NCBI GenBank assembly: GCA_905178155.1
Contig: CAJINV010000007.1
Span: forward strand, 352,597-400,635
Source of the DNA: Amoebophrya sp. A120
Lineage: Eukaryota; Protista; Dinoflagellata
DNA: 48,039 nucleotides
Direction: 5' to 3'
The notes under the pieces are model-generated. The model was not told where the DNA came from. It saw only the letters and a program-made list of their open reading frames with translations, and searched no databases. The position numbers were made by a program, and so were the translations under genes. Positions 22,801 through 35,494 of the stretch are shown piece after piece (within the stretch, counting starts at the first letter, position 1; each line of letters starts with the position of its first letter).

Positions 22801-23906
22801 CGATAGGGGGAGGGGGGATTTTTCCTTTTGATAGGTTTTCTGCAAATTCCCGTCTGGGTCGTAAATCTCCACGCCGCTATCGTAGATCTCGCTCAGACAC
22901 TGGATCTCCATGTCGTCCGCCCAGACTCCCAGTTGCTGCTTCCGGTCCACATAAGAATCAAAGTCGCCGTCCTCGTACACGTTCAGGAAGTTCTGAAAAT
23001 GCGTATCCTGAGTAAAAACGTCCACACCCCAGAGTCAAGTTGAAAAATCTGCTACACAAATCTACCAGCTTTGATAGTTGCGCATGACAAGTTTGGCGTC
23101 GTATTGTGATCCTGTTTAGCTAGTTCAGCAGCATCACAGATCTAGAATATCGTGGTGATTCGAACATGACAAATTGCAAAACACGACTAGAAAACGCTCC
23201 TCATGGGCCTGCGCATGAGAACCATTTTAGGCATGCAGATTTGCACGACAACTCTGGGGTAAGAATGTTTTTGCGGAGGATAATGCGCCCTTTCCAGCCG
23301 CATGTACTCGAAACACTTTTTCCGAACTATCGAAGTGGAAAAAGCCCCCACCCCATACAAAACAGAAAATTTCTGTTGCTGGATTTCTCTACGCAAATCA
23401 GCGTTGTCTTGCAGGAAATGCTTGGAGGCATTTTCTACGCCTGACTGGGTAGGCAGAAGGCTAGCAGTTAGGCATGGCAGACAGCTTTGCAGTAAGCAAA
23501 AGCGCATGACAGATTGGCTGTGGAATGCTGCCAATGGCTCCCATTCGTCCCATACGCAAGACAGAGCTGATTTGTGGTCACAAACCAGCATTACAAATTC
23601 CCGTTCCGAGTACGGGGAGGAGAGCTTTTTCCTCATGATACGAACCATTTCGTGAAACTCCGGTGTGCCGTACATCTGGTCGGAAACAGATCGGTACAAA
23701 CAGTTTCCGTCCGACGCCTGGACTTCCTCGTGCCAGTTCCGCTCGTTCGCGTTGTTTGAATGTGGATCGTCTTGAACAAAATTGTTGTTGCTGGTCACCA
23801 TGCCGCTGTTTTGCTGTTGCTGCAACTGAAAATGGTCCGTCGTGTTAAAGTTCGGGTTTCCGCGGGTGGCGCGAGCCCTCTTGCGGTTGTTCGGGTCGAT
23901 CGTCAT
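19843..23906 (-). CDS. OTU-family deubiquitinase (OTUD5-like) with UIM motifs and C-terminal UBA-like domain
   Basis: Cys box SDGNCLYRSVSDQMYG, then VWADDMEIQCLSEIY, His box IRLTYRGQSHYNSL; UIMs EEMELKKALMASL and DDEALLQEALLLSM form only after excising 7 introners. Start uncertain. Confidence 0.9.
20185..20499. mobile_element. Introner family B
   Basis: TIRs; TSD AACAG. Confidence 0.9.
20556..20726. mobile_element. Introner family E
   Basis: TATGCATTGCAAAAGT / ACTTTTGCAATCCATA; TSD TGTGG/TGTTG. Confidence 0.85.
20820..21124. mobile_element. Introner family D
   Basis: TATTGCAATGAAAACTGCCCCCATCCCC TIR; TSD AAGGG/AAGAG. Confidence 0.88.
21175..21494. mobile_element. Introner family B
   Basis: TIRs; TSD CCATC. 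Confidence 0.9.
22515..22833. mobile_element. Introner family B
   Basis: TATCAAAAGGAAAAA / TTTTTCCTTTTGATA; TSD GGTTT. Confidence 0.92.
23004..23282. mobile_element. Introner family C
   Basis: TIRs; TSD ATGCG. Confidence 0.9.
23328..23640. mobile_element. Introner family B
   Basis: TIRs; TSD CGAAC. Confidence 0.9.
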
Positions 23907-25212
23907 GTTTTGAGCTGTATGATCTTCTAGTTCAACTGTAGATAGATGTTGTCCTCCCAAAAAATCTAAACTGATTTACACAGCCACAGTGTTGTAGAAG
24001 CTGCATCAAGTAGCTCTTAATACATAAGTACCACGCATTTTGTTTGTCCTGCAAAACTATGAATGGATGATGATTTTTATTTCAGAAGATGTTCCCTTAG
24101 GTGCAGCTACCAGCAGTCGTTTGTGTGCCACTGCCACCTATAGCGTCAGCACATAATGAACTTCAGTTGTAGCTGGCGCAACATATAATTACGGGAACAC
24201 TGATGTCACTGGGTGATTTTAATAGTGTACTAACTGATTTTCGTGGGGGACGGATGTTGAACAAAAAAAAGTGAAAGTACTACTACAACACTACTAGTTC
24301 GGCTTCCTTTTCTTCATCTTCGCTGCTTGAGATAAGTACTACCAGTGGAAATGTTCGAAAATAAAGCAGTATCGTTATTTTATCGTAGGGTACTATAATT
24401 GGGATAACACAGCGGGTCTCTCGTCCTGGATGGTACTAGGATTTTGAAATGGGGATGATTTCTATCGTGAAGATGCTGTTGCTGACTCGAAGCGAAGCAA
24501 ACAATAAAAACCGCAAAAATAAGTATTTAAAACCTGCTGTCGCTCAGTCTCGTTCTCGTCCTCAACATCTTTCGTGTAGGTAATTCTACTCGAGGGAGTG
24601 GTTCTTCTTTCATACCTATCTCAACATCTGCGCATGATCCTAAGTAGAGCACGGGAGAGTGGCAGCACCGAGTGTAGTTGGCTTCTCGCGTCATAAGGCA
24701 GGAGAAAAAAGCGAGTCAGGCTCCTTTGCCGCTTGTGACATCAATCCAAATCCAACAGCTCGTTGTACTTATATCGACCCGAGTGCTTTACTACATTCGA
24801 GCCGGCTAATTATATTACTCAACTCTCCGAGCGAGGATTTCGAACCGAGCCAGGAAGCTTTTCATCTCAGTTGTATAATTTCGACGATTTATTCCCAAGT
24901 TGAGTTTCAGAATTCATACGATTCTTATCTATGATTTTCGTCTTCTTTTCGCGGCCTGGTCGTTTTTAATATCGACTGCAATACTTACACATGTCTGGAA
25001 GGTCTGGAAGACTGTAGAAGCTTGCCATGCAGCTTCCGGATGCCCCAGAAGATGCGTAATGCAGGGCCGAGCAAGCATGACAGGTTCATCTGCGAGAGGG
25101 CAACAATAGACAGCTTTTGCTAATCTTGCAGTCGACAGACAAACTTCGCCTCACTGACAGAGACCATCACAGTTTTTCGTCACCTTTATCCGACACCTTT
25201 GTAGGAATTCTT

Positions 25213-26235
25213 TCAGTTCTCGGAAACCTTTTGTAGTAACTCTTTCAGTTCTCCCGCCGCATGCATTTCCAGCAATATCTGCGCCCCGCCCACAAACTCG
25301 CCGTTGACGAATAACTGCGGTATGGTCGGCCAGTCGCTTACTTCCTTGATGATCTCGCGAACGTCCTCCGATTTTAGAACGTCGACGAATATGTAGTCCT
25401 CGAATTCCTCCAAATCGAAAAGTTTGATCACTTGGGCAGAGAAGCCACACAGGGGTTCTTCCGGGTTGCCCTTCATGAAAAGCACGGCTTTGCTTTCAAA
25501 TGCAAATATGTCTGGGTCTGAAAGATTGCAGGAGTTTGTCATGCATCTTCTGGGTCACGCAACTGGTCCCTGACGCACGCAAAAGCATTACAGATTTTGC
25601 GCAGACCTCCTGACGTCTATCCCGCATGAGAAATTCCTTTTTTGCGTAGCAAGAAATAGGAAGCTCCTGGTGCTTATGCAATACAAATTTTTTGCCTATT
25701 CCAGAAATCGCATGACAACTCCCATTTCTTGCAGAGGACCCAGACATGTTTGCAATGCATATTTGCTCCCCTTGATCAGATCGAGGATCTTCTGCTTCAG
25801 TTCTGGATTATTACAACTCCCGGCTGCTGGTTCTCCTGATGCAGGAACAGCGTCGGGAATTATCGTACCTCCCGGCTTGTCTGGAGTTTCGGTGGAAAAA
25901 GAACGCAGGTTGGTGATTGCTTGCAGGGTTACTATCGACGGCCTGAGGAGGTTCGGCCTTTCGAGGCGGGTAGAAGCGGCTTTGTTTTTCGGAGCGGGTC
26001 CATACAATGGTCTCCCGATGCTAGACGAGCTACTGAAGCTGTAGTCCCCGCCAGCAGAGGAAGGTTCTTGTGCTGGTAAAGCGACACGGTTGGAGGGCTG
26101 GTCGTGCGCCCCGACTTGATTTCTCACAGAAGCTGGCACTGCAGCTCGAGAAGCTGCACGACCCCCGCAGAGCAACACGGACACGGAGGGAAAAGCAGCT
26201 GGCAGCCGCCCAAAAGAAACCGACGAAGTTGCCAT
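25213..26235 (-). CDS. GRX5: Monothiol (CGFS) glutaredoxin, Grx5-like, with probable mitochondrial transit peptide
   Basis: AVLFMKGNPEEPLCGFS...SDWPTIPQLFVNGEFVGG; Ser/Arg/Ala-rich N-terminus; one introner. Confidence 0.93.
25494..25761. mobile_element. Introner family A
   Basis: TIRs; TSD TTTGC; excision gives IKGSK|AVLFMKG. Confidence 0.9.
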
Positions 26236-27825
26236 TTTGATGTGTGGTCTCTTGCAGTCTTGAACGTGGTCCGTACACGGGAAAACGAAAAAGCGAAAAA
26301 ACAAAAAATAGAAAATGAAAATAAGTATCTGTCGAGTATGATTTCTCGTGTAAAAGATGTTTTTCTCTCTGGAATCTTGTTTACTTGCATGGAAAACTGA
26401 ATAAACTTGCGATGCTCGTTGTGCACTGATTTCTCCAAAATCTGTGTTGGTTGCATAACCGACAAAAGCGAAGCTGCTTTTGTTATGCAAAAATGGAGTT
26501 TGTCATGGATGCGCACTACGGACGATGACAGAGCTTCTTGTTCTGAAACCTTGAAAAGAACAACTTGCGAAAAGATCAAAAAGCGGACTCAGGTTCATCA
26601 AAAATACCCGTAATCCAACTTATCCCTCCTGCGAACTGCATGTCGCGACAAGTTTTTAAATATGTGCTTCGTGAAAAGTAATCAATATTCATACCGTTGT
26701 ACAGGTGCGTTTTTTAGTTCTTCGACAGCGAGCCCTTCCTTAACCGTGGCGGTTTCTCATCACATGACTCTCGTCGTGCCGACGTCGCAACAGCTCCAGT
26801 ATCCTTGAAGATCATTCCATGCGTAGTGTAGTTCAGTTGTTCTCTTGAAGATTAATCCGCGGGTGAGACAGGAGCTGCAACTTGCGCAATATTCAAGTTG
26901 TTGTGCTCTACTTGCTTCGAATAAAGTAATACTACGCCGAGTCTTGTTGTAGTAGTTTCTCTACTTCTTTGCGTGCTGTAAATTGATAATTCCAATCTAG
27001 TTGTGACACTCCTTGTGAGACATAGAAATGAAGATCCAAGCCTTGTGCTCGTCGACTTTTTTAATTTACACAGAAAAGATATCAAATATGTTTTCCCCTA
27101 CTCGGTTCTCAGCCTGACGATTTCTCTCTTGGACGGGTGGAAGGCACTAGAAGAGGTGGTACCATAATTATCGCTAGATTTACTCCTGTCAAGAACGACA
27201 AAGCCGCAACTGGCGAAGCCAATCGTTTTTCGTGCTGGTTGTCACGTTTTATTTTGGGCAAACAAAACGAAAAACAGCAGAACCCAGCCCGCGGACTGGG
27301 ACAGGGAAGCAGGACACAAAGAGCAGCATAATAAAGGAGAAAAGGAAACAAAGCACGGCGAAAATGAAATCAAAAAGCCTACTAGGGGGGAGAAAACAAA
27401 AATCAAGTTTCTTTCCCAGTAAACCTCCCCTGCTGTGCGCCGGCTGCGGTGGTGCGTCCCCCCCTTCCTAAGGGCACCTACTTATCCGCTTCACAGCCAT
27501 CCAAGGACTGTGGAGCAACAAGAAGGTAACTTCCACTACGCCGTCACTGCCGCTTGCACACGATCCAGCGAGGGCCCGCGTCAGATCCAGTCGCAGGTGG
27601 TGGTGACAGAGGTACAAGTACAACTAGGCACTTACCAACTCTGCACGACTGCGCCGGCGCATTTTTCCAGATGAGGAGAAGCCACAGCCTGGTGTTTTTT
27701 CCTCTTGTCAGTCCGCCTCCGATGGCAATAAAACAAAGGGGGTCCTAAAACTAGTACGTAGATGAAATTATAACGTGACAAATAGCACCATCGAATTGCT
27801 TCTCGTGCTGCACCACACAGGTGAA

Positions 27826-28088
27826 TATCAAATGCAAAAATGTCTGGGTCTGGAAGAGCACAGCTTTGTAACGCACATTTTCCATGATCCATGATGTCTG
27901 TGATGTATGCCATAGCATCACAGATTTTTTGAGCGGTTATCTATGCGCATCCAGAGTGACAAACGCCCTCTCCGCGTAGCCAAATTTGAATCCTCTTGCT
28001 GGTCATGCAACACAGCTTTTTTTAGCATCCAAATGCAGCATCACAAGTTTGGCTCTTCCAGACCCAGACAACATTTTTGCATTTGATA
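27826..28088. mobile_element. Introner family A in the transketolase 3' UTR
   Basis: TIRs; TSD GTGAA; ~20 bp downstream of the stop codon. Confidence 0.9.
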
Positions 28089-28109
28089 GTGAAAGAGATG
28101 TGACTTATC

Positions 28110-31100
28110 CTATTTATGTTCCTCAAAATCCTTCATCACTTTCGCCGCAACTTTTTCCGCAGTAAAGCCGAATTCCTCCTTAAGCTTTCCGCCCGGAGCC
28201 GACGCACCAAAGCTGGACATGCAGATCATATGCATGGCAAATATGTCTGGCTCTGAGAATTATTTGTTGTGCTATAATTACTCGCATTTTTGCAAAGTGG
28301 CAGGCTTGTACTCGGCGGAACAGCATCAGATGTGGTCTGGCGAGGCTTGTTGCTGATTCATTCGTATTAAACCGCATGACAAATAACCGCAAATTATCCA
28401 GCACGACAAAACAACTGCCCAACTATCGTATTCATGCAATATACAGATCTTTCTGTCCTTGAAGTCTTGCATCACAAACCCAGTGTCCCACAGATATTTG
28501 CAATGCATAGATCACCGAATCCGCGTACTTCTCCAATCCGAAGGACGTGGAGCACGACTCGCAGTACACTTTGAAGGTCTTTTTCGGCAGCACTGATTCC
28601 TGGTACTGCTTCGTTTGTTCCGCGAACAGTTCCCAGCAGGGAAAAGACACTACGCGGACTTTCTTGATGTTCTTCTCCGCAAGAATCTTCTTCGCCTTCA
28701 TCATCAAGTCCACCTCCTGCCCAGAGGCGGAGAGAATAATCTCTGGCGGCTCGACGGAGTCGGAAACGACATAGGCGCCCTTTGCTACTTTGTCCTTATC
28801 TGTGCCGACGACGTGCGGGGCGGTGGACCGGGAAAGGATGATAGCGGTGGGTCGGGTTTGGTTCTCGAGCCAGCACTGGTACGCACCAGCGGTCTCGTTA
28901 CCTGCGAATGTTTTGTGACATGAGACCTATTACGATCTTAAAGCTTTCATGCAGTTCGACGCACCATCACAGCGCGCTTTATTTTCCATGCATATTCACG
29001 CATTTTAATTTATGACAAAAAAGAAGACTCCCTAGTACCGTCTGCTGGTCTGATCGCCAAGAAGTTCGGTGTCGCGCGCATCAGCTGCAGAACCTCCACC
29101 GGTTGGTGCGTTGGGCCGTCCTCCCCCAAGTCGATACTGTCGTGCGTCCCAATGTACAGCACCGGAAATTTGCTCAAAGCCGATAACCTGACCGATCCCC
29201 AGGCGTACCCGTAGAACACCGCGAAGGTGGCGCAGTAGGGTAGCGTCATGAAACTGTTTCCGTACTTCGCGTTGTTCTGTGCGTAGCTCATCATCCCGTT
29301 GCAGATTCCCGCCATCGCGTGCTCCCGCACACCGAACCGGAGGTACCGCCCCGTTGGGTTGCTGTCCTGAAAATCGTCCACGTGTTTTGTGTTGCAGCTC
29401 GGTGTATCCACTGCAAATATCCCTGGATGTCTGCAAACCTGTAATGCTGAATGGTCATGCTTGAGCGTGCCTTTCAGTGCAGTGCAGCATCACAAATTTT
29501 CTTAACGCTTTCTGATACTTAGTGCGCATTACAAACTGCGACTTTTTACGACGAGACTGTGGCGCTTTTATTGCTTTTCTGCAATACAGATTTTCCAGGA
29601 ATGCTGGACACGCAATACAGATTCCACCTTTAATTCCAGACCCAAACATATTTGCAATGCATATGGTGCCAAATCTGCGCACCCGCCGACTAGCTCCGGT
29701 AACTTGTTTACCAGTGCTTTCAGACACTCCCCGGAGTACACCCTCGTTGCCGCCGCTTTCGAGGTACCTGGATCGTAGGACGGCAAACAGGACTTCCAGT
29801 CCGCTGGCAGCTTCCCCTGTAATCTCCGGGACAGTTCTTTGCCGAGGTCGGGGAACTGCTGCTCGTAGTTGTGGAGCATCTTCTCCCACTGCGTGCACAT
29901 TGCGTTCCCGACTGACCCGTGGGCTTCGAACCTGATTTTCATGAAAAATGTCATCGTACTTGTTGTGCATCACAAACCCCCTATGTGTAGCTGAGCCTCG
30001 CATTACAAACATCAACATCACGAAGCAATTATCTATTTTTCAAAACTCTGTACATCTGTTTCACCGCCGTTGGAATGGCGAATTTCTATCCAAGAAAAAA
30101 ACTGCGTTAGTGTAACTTTGTAGGAAGAGCAGCATCACAAATTCGTTTTGCATTACAGGAAAAACCTGTCATGCGTAGCTAGTACGTGCAAACACGTATG
30201 AAAGTGGCCTATGACGCACACTCAGCATGACAACTGTAACTGTTTTGCATTTTCTGCATCACAAATTTAGACTTACACAGTTTTTTTCTAGGATAATTTC
30301 GCCTCTGCGTTCATTCCTAACTGCTTCTTCATCGCGGTTATGACATCTGCCCCCAGCGTATCCAGGAAAAAACTGTGTAGTAAGTGTAACTTTGTAGGAA
30401 GATGAGCCGCATCACAAATTCCTTTTGCATTACAGGGAAATAATAAACCTGTCATGCGCAACTAGTACCTTCAGTGAACAAAACACGTATGAAAGTGGCC
30501 TATGACGCAGCAGCACATCCGGCATGACAATCGTAAACAGTTGTGCATTTTCTGCATCGCAGATTCGCACTCACATAGGTTTTTTCTTGGATACAGTGGT
30601 GCCCCGTGTGTTTTTTCGCTCCCCGCTTTCTCGCAGCCGTACCCGATGGTAGTTTATCAAATGCAAAAATGTCTGGGTCTGGAAATTTGTGATGCTAAAG
30701 TTTGGATAAGACTGGCGCTCTCAAGTGCAGCCCAGCATGACAAGTATACTTGACGCCGTCTGATGCGTAGCACGCATGACAAACTGCGTTTTTGCAAGAG
30801 GAAAAAGCACCGCCTTTCATCTTGCTGGCTGTGCAATACAGATTTCTCAGGAATGCCAGACATGCAACACAAGTTCCACTTTTCCAGACCCAGATATTTT
30901 TACAATGCATATAGTTTTCATGATAAGGATATGCATTGCAAACATCGATCATCTCGGTCTGGATTTCTATATGCAACATTTCTTCAAGGACACGAACAAG
31001 ATAGATCTGTATTATGCATGAAAACGATTTATCTTGGGCAGTTTTTTGTCGCGCTAGTTGGCCGTTTGCCATCCGAAAAATTTGTCATGCGTGTCAACAC

Positions 31101-33870
31101 TTCCGTAGAAATAAAGATCGCTCTGTCCTAACGCAACTACACTCAGCAACACAAATTCACTGCGTTCTACTTCCAGACATCCGCGGTGGATTTAAGTATT
31201 TGCATTTGATAAACGAACGTTGGCTTTGAACTCTGGGACTTTGCGAGTGTCACCGCAGCCTGAAATTGCTCTGGGTCCTCAGCGTCGCCTCGTTCGATGG
31301 TTAGTACGTTCCAACCGTAGGCTTCGAAACTGTTTTTATTTTTGTAGAATTCTACTTGCAAAAACTGCATGAGAAACGTTTAAAACGTTGCGTTGATAAT
31401 GATATTGGAGCCGCTGCATCACAGATTCAATTTGGACAAGCAACTACCCCCTCTACTAGTATGAAACATTTCTATACCGCTTCCCGACATTCTCCGTGAA
31501 CGCCAGCTCCGTGCTACCGTCGATGGAAATCTTGTTGTCGTCGTAAAATACGATCAACTTCGACAACTTCCAGTGCGCAGCGAGACTGCAATATCCCAGA
31601 GAAAAAATCTAGAAGGGCATATAATTTGTATTGCAAAAATGAATACACAGAAAATTTCGTCATGGACGGCCCCAAAAAATGCTGTTTAGAGTCCGCAAAA
31701 AAGATTTTTTTATGTATTTACTTTCGCATATACAAATATGACCTGCCTGCTTTTTTCTGTGTGATATGCAGGCCTCCGAAGCCACCCCCTCCATCATGCA
31801 GCCGTCCCCGGTTAGCACGTAGGTGTAGGATATCCTGTGTAAAAACATCCCCACCCCAGAGTTGTCATGCAGATCTGCAAGCGCAAGAGCATTTGTAATG
31901 CGCATTCCCATGAGAGGCATTTCTCATCGTATTTTGGAACTTGTAATGCTGTAAGCAGGATAACGAGATGGATTTGTTATGCGGCTCCCCTTGCTAAACT
32001 GCATTACACTACAGCCTGCAACTTGTCATGCGTGGCTCCCAAAACTTCGAGGTTTGTGTTGCAAAATCCCCGTCTTGACTCTGGGGTGGGGACGTTTTTA
32101 CAATCGATATAGGAGTCGAAGAGCGGGAACCCGGGCTTGTTAAACCGCGCGGCCAAATGCTTCTCGCATAATGCCATCCCCACCGCGTTGGTAATGCCCT
32201 GCCCAAGGGGTCCGGTGCACACCTCCACCCCGGGCGTGGCGAAGTTTTCTGGGTGGCCCATCCTATGTAAAAACGTCCCCACCCCATAGCTGTCATGATA
32301 ATCTGCAAGCATGGTAAAAAAGTTTCTCATGCGGAGCCCTATGAGAAGCGTTTTCTCGTCGCGTTTTGGAATTTGTGATGCTTGAATCAGCATGATAGGC
32401 TAGGTCTGATGCTGCCGGAGCTAACTAAACAAGACTACAGCACCCAGAGGCCAAACTTGTCATGCGCAGCAACCAAAGCTGGTTGATTTGTCTAGCAGAA
32501 CTCCCATCTTGACTCTGGTGTGGGGACGTTTTTACATAAGATATGGCCCGGGGTTTTGCTATGGAGCTGGCGGAAGAGCTTCAGGTCGTCCAGAGAAACT
32601 TGGTAGCTGATAAAAAGGTTTATTTTAGACGCATAAAAACTTACTTCACCTTTTGAATTTGAAAACAAATCTACTGCATGACAAGAATCTGATGTCGTCC
32701 ATATATCACGATCGATCGCAGGAGAAAATTGGTTCTCACTCGTGCTGCTGCCGGAAATTATAGGCTACGCCGATAATAATAAACCTATACCCTGTCAAGT
32801 GCAGCATGCAGTATTGCAGCGCGCACGCGTGTCCGTTCGATAGAACAAAGCGATTATCAAATGCAAAAATGTCTGGGTCTGGAAGAATGCAACGCGTGAT
32901 GCTATTTTTGGAATCTAAAAAAATCTGCATTGCATGAGTAGCAAAGGGAATGCAATTTTTGCTACGCTGAGAAAGCATTTGTCATGCGGAAGAGGCATCA
33001 AGAAGCCCTCAGAATATCTGTATTGCTAGAGTATGCATCACAGACATCATGGCTCACAGAATCTTCCAGACCCAGACATTTTTACAGTTGATAGCGATCC
33101 CGGTTCAGCCACTTCGGATTCTCCGGGGAGAAATGCATGATCTTCCCGAATATCAACTGCAAAAATGTCTGGGTCTGGAAGATTGCAACTTGTCATGCTG
33201 TTTTTGGACTCTAAAAAAATTTGTGTTGCATGACCCAGCAAGAGGGGCATAGTTTGCGCTACACGGACAGGGCATTTCTCATGCGGAAGGTGCACCAGGA
33301 AGCCCTCTAAAAGTCTGCGATGCTAGTCCTGCATTACAGGCATCATGGGTCATGAGAAATATGCATGACAAGTCTTGCATTCTTCCAGACCCAGACATTT
33401 TTGCATTTGATACCGAACAACGCAGCCGCTAATGGTGCGCACCCCATTGGCGCTCCCGGGTGGCCGGAATTCGCCTGCTGAACCATGTCCGCAGCCAGGC
33501 ATTATCCGTAGGAAAAACGTCCCCACCCCATACTTGTCATGCAGATCTGCATGCTCAGCATGTGTGTCATGCAGGTCTCCATGACAGGCATTACCTAGTC
33601 GCGTTTCTGAATCTGTCATGCGCCAATCAGGATGACAGAGAAGTGGATCTGTGATGCGTCTGAACTAGCTAGGCACGACTACACTGCGTAAGTAGCCAAA
33701 CTTGTCATGCGTGAGTCCCAAAGATGCTCGATTTGTCTTGCCAAAGTTCCAACTTGACTACGTGGTGGGGACGTTTTTACAAGGGATAGGCATCGGATCG
33801 TGTTTACGGCTAAAACGGATTTCTCATCGTGCGGACCTGGTGGATTTATATGATTGGCATAATTCGCCAT
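28110..33870 (-). CDS. TKT: Transketolase (17 exons)
   Basis: Spliced motifs [77 protein letters not shown]; 12 TIR/TSD introns, 3 GT-AG introns (32607-32790, 31330-31477, 28902-29038) and 1 ambiguous intron (~29932-30053). Confidence 0.97.
28229..28509. mobile_element. Introner family A
   Basis: TIRs; TSD GATCA. Confidence 0.88.
29405..29663. mobile_element. Introner family A-related
   Basis: TIRs; TSD CGGTG/TGGTG. Confidence 0.85.
30087..30295. mobile_element. Introner family F
   Basis: TATCCAAGAAAAAAACTG / CAGTTTTTTTCTAGGATA; TSD ATTTC. Confidence 0.9.
30359..30593. mobile_element. Introner family F
   Basis: Sister of 30087-30295; TSD CAGCG/CAGTG. Confidence 0.9.
30655..30911. mobile_element. 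Introner family A
   Basis: TIRs; TSD TAGTT. Confidence 0.9.
30930..31211. mobile_element. Introner family A-related (degenerate)
   Basis: TATGCATTGCAAA / TTTGCATTTGATA; TSD AAGGA/AACGA. Confidence 0.8.
31592..31766. mobile_element. Introner family F-like
   Basis: TATCCCAGAGAAAAAA / TTTTTTCTGTGTGATA; TSD TGCAA/TGCAG. Confidence 0.82.
31831..32109. mobile_element. Introner family C
   Basis: TIRs; TSD TAGGA. Confidence 0.92.
32259..32543. mobile_element. Introner family C
   Basis: TIRs; TSD TGGCC; splits the GHPE motif. Confidence 0.92.
32855..33093. mobile_element. Introner family A
   Basis: TIRs; TSD GCGAT. Confidence 0.93.
33151..33412. mobile_element. Introner family A
   Basis: TIRs; TSD CCGAA. 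Confidence 0.93.
33503..33788. mobile_element. Introner family C
   Basis: TIRs; TSD GGCAT. Confidence 0.92.
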
Positions 33871-35494
33871 GAATTCAGCTCCACAAAGAAGATGAAAACG
33901 CTACTAGCTTGTCTTCGCCAGGTCCGCATGAAAAATCCGTTTTGTTCTCATGCAGATTTCTACACTACATGTACTCATAGTGTCGACGTAATATCACTTA
34001 CCTTTCGCAGACTGCAGGTCGGCTTTCAGCCGTTTAGCAGCAGGCTCCCCCGCACCAGCGGTCATGGTCATAGTGGGTTTATTCACGACAATATCGGCGG
34101 ATCAATTTCGAAGTACTTATTATATAGGTGAAACTTTTGGTTACACAAAAATGTTGCACTATTCTGACTCAGTGCACTAGAAGTTTGTTTCGGAGTTCTT
34201 TTTGTATTCAGAAGATTACCGTCAAAAATCAGTTGTTTCCCGTTTCGTCCGCTCCTAATAATGGAGCTACTTCTCAAACAGTTCTGAGGACAAATCGGTT
34301 GAAATGAATCGGATCACAGACAGGTGTCGCTTGTTTCCAAAAACTGCTTGAAAATTTGTCTGCACCCGCAGCAAAGAACTTTGCAATTTGCCGTCGCTTA
34401 TTGGGTCGTTTTGATATAAAAATGTGCACAAAACAATTCTAACTTTGGCTCGGGCACAGAGGACCACTTGCGCACCGGACGCAGCTTCGCGACACTGTGG
34501 CAAAACTTCCGAAATGTTGAACAGTGCGCGAGGTTCCTCTTCCTTTTGTCCTCGACCACCAGCGTAGGCGAAGGCGTTAATTTCGCACTACAACTTCTTT
34601 GCTCCAATTTGACACGCGGCTTTGGATTTTCGCAAAATGTCAATATCATTGTGTGTTGCTCGTAGAAGTTGTTCCGCAACACAAGTAGTACCGACTCGAT
34701 GCTGCTGCATGTAAGAAAGATCTAGTCGCTGCGCTGTAAAACGCTGCTGCAAGAAAAAAATGATCTGGGCTTTGATATTGAACAGCTTTTGCAAACTCTA
34801 CTTCAGACACTTTTCACGGAAACTACGCCGCGCTTTGTTCGATAAGACTATGCGAATGATTTCCTGTAGAAGGCGCAGCGATGTTGCACGGGGCGAGCCA
34901 GCACAACTCCGATGCGCTCTAGGTAAAGATTCGGAGAGGCATTCATTTTTATGGAGAATGAGGTGCAGGTAGAAGTTTACCCCTTTTCTGTGGCTCAACT
35001 ACGAGGGCAAACGGAAATGGAATGCAAACAATCGTACAATTACTACTGCAATTTAACGCCGCTGTTAGTAGGCAGCTTGATTCTTTTGCTTAATAAAGGT
35101 ACATTTTTATTGGAGATCCAACATGAAATAAAGGTAGTGGAGGCATTGTTCGAAATAAAACTGGAGGTGCTAGTAAGGCTCTGCATTGTAAAAGAAAAAA
35201 GAAGCTGTTCGCCATTTTCCCGCTGTGCCACCGATCTGGCACCACAACCGGAAAGAAGACGCTTGCCGCAAGTTGTAGCTTTCACACACAGCAGGAAAAT
35301 GAACTGTGCTAGCGTGTTATGGAAAATAAGGACAGACTCGAGAATTATCGCAAGCACCTCGAGAAAGAGAAAAACGTAAATGTGGAAAATATACATTTTC
35401 ACATAGAGCAGTAGTGCCAGTGTAGTTCTTTATAACTGCATTCTACAACTACAAGACTTATCTCGTCGTAACCCAGCATTCTGTCAAATTCTTC

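Noticed and set aside
28110-33870. Transketolase and other genes as TE-disrupted pseudogenes
   Set aside because: Every interruption is removed in frame by the same rule or by GT-AG splicing, and the catalytic motifs are intact.
34083-35402. Short ORFs between transketolase and the hydrolase
   Set aside because: No recognisable motifs and no introners; consistent with UTR or intergenic DNA.
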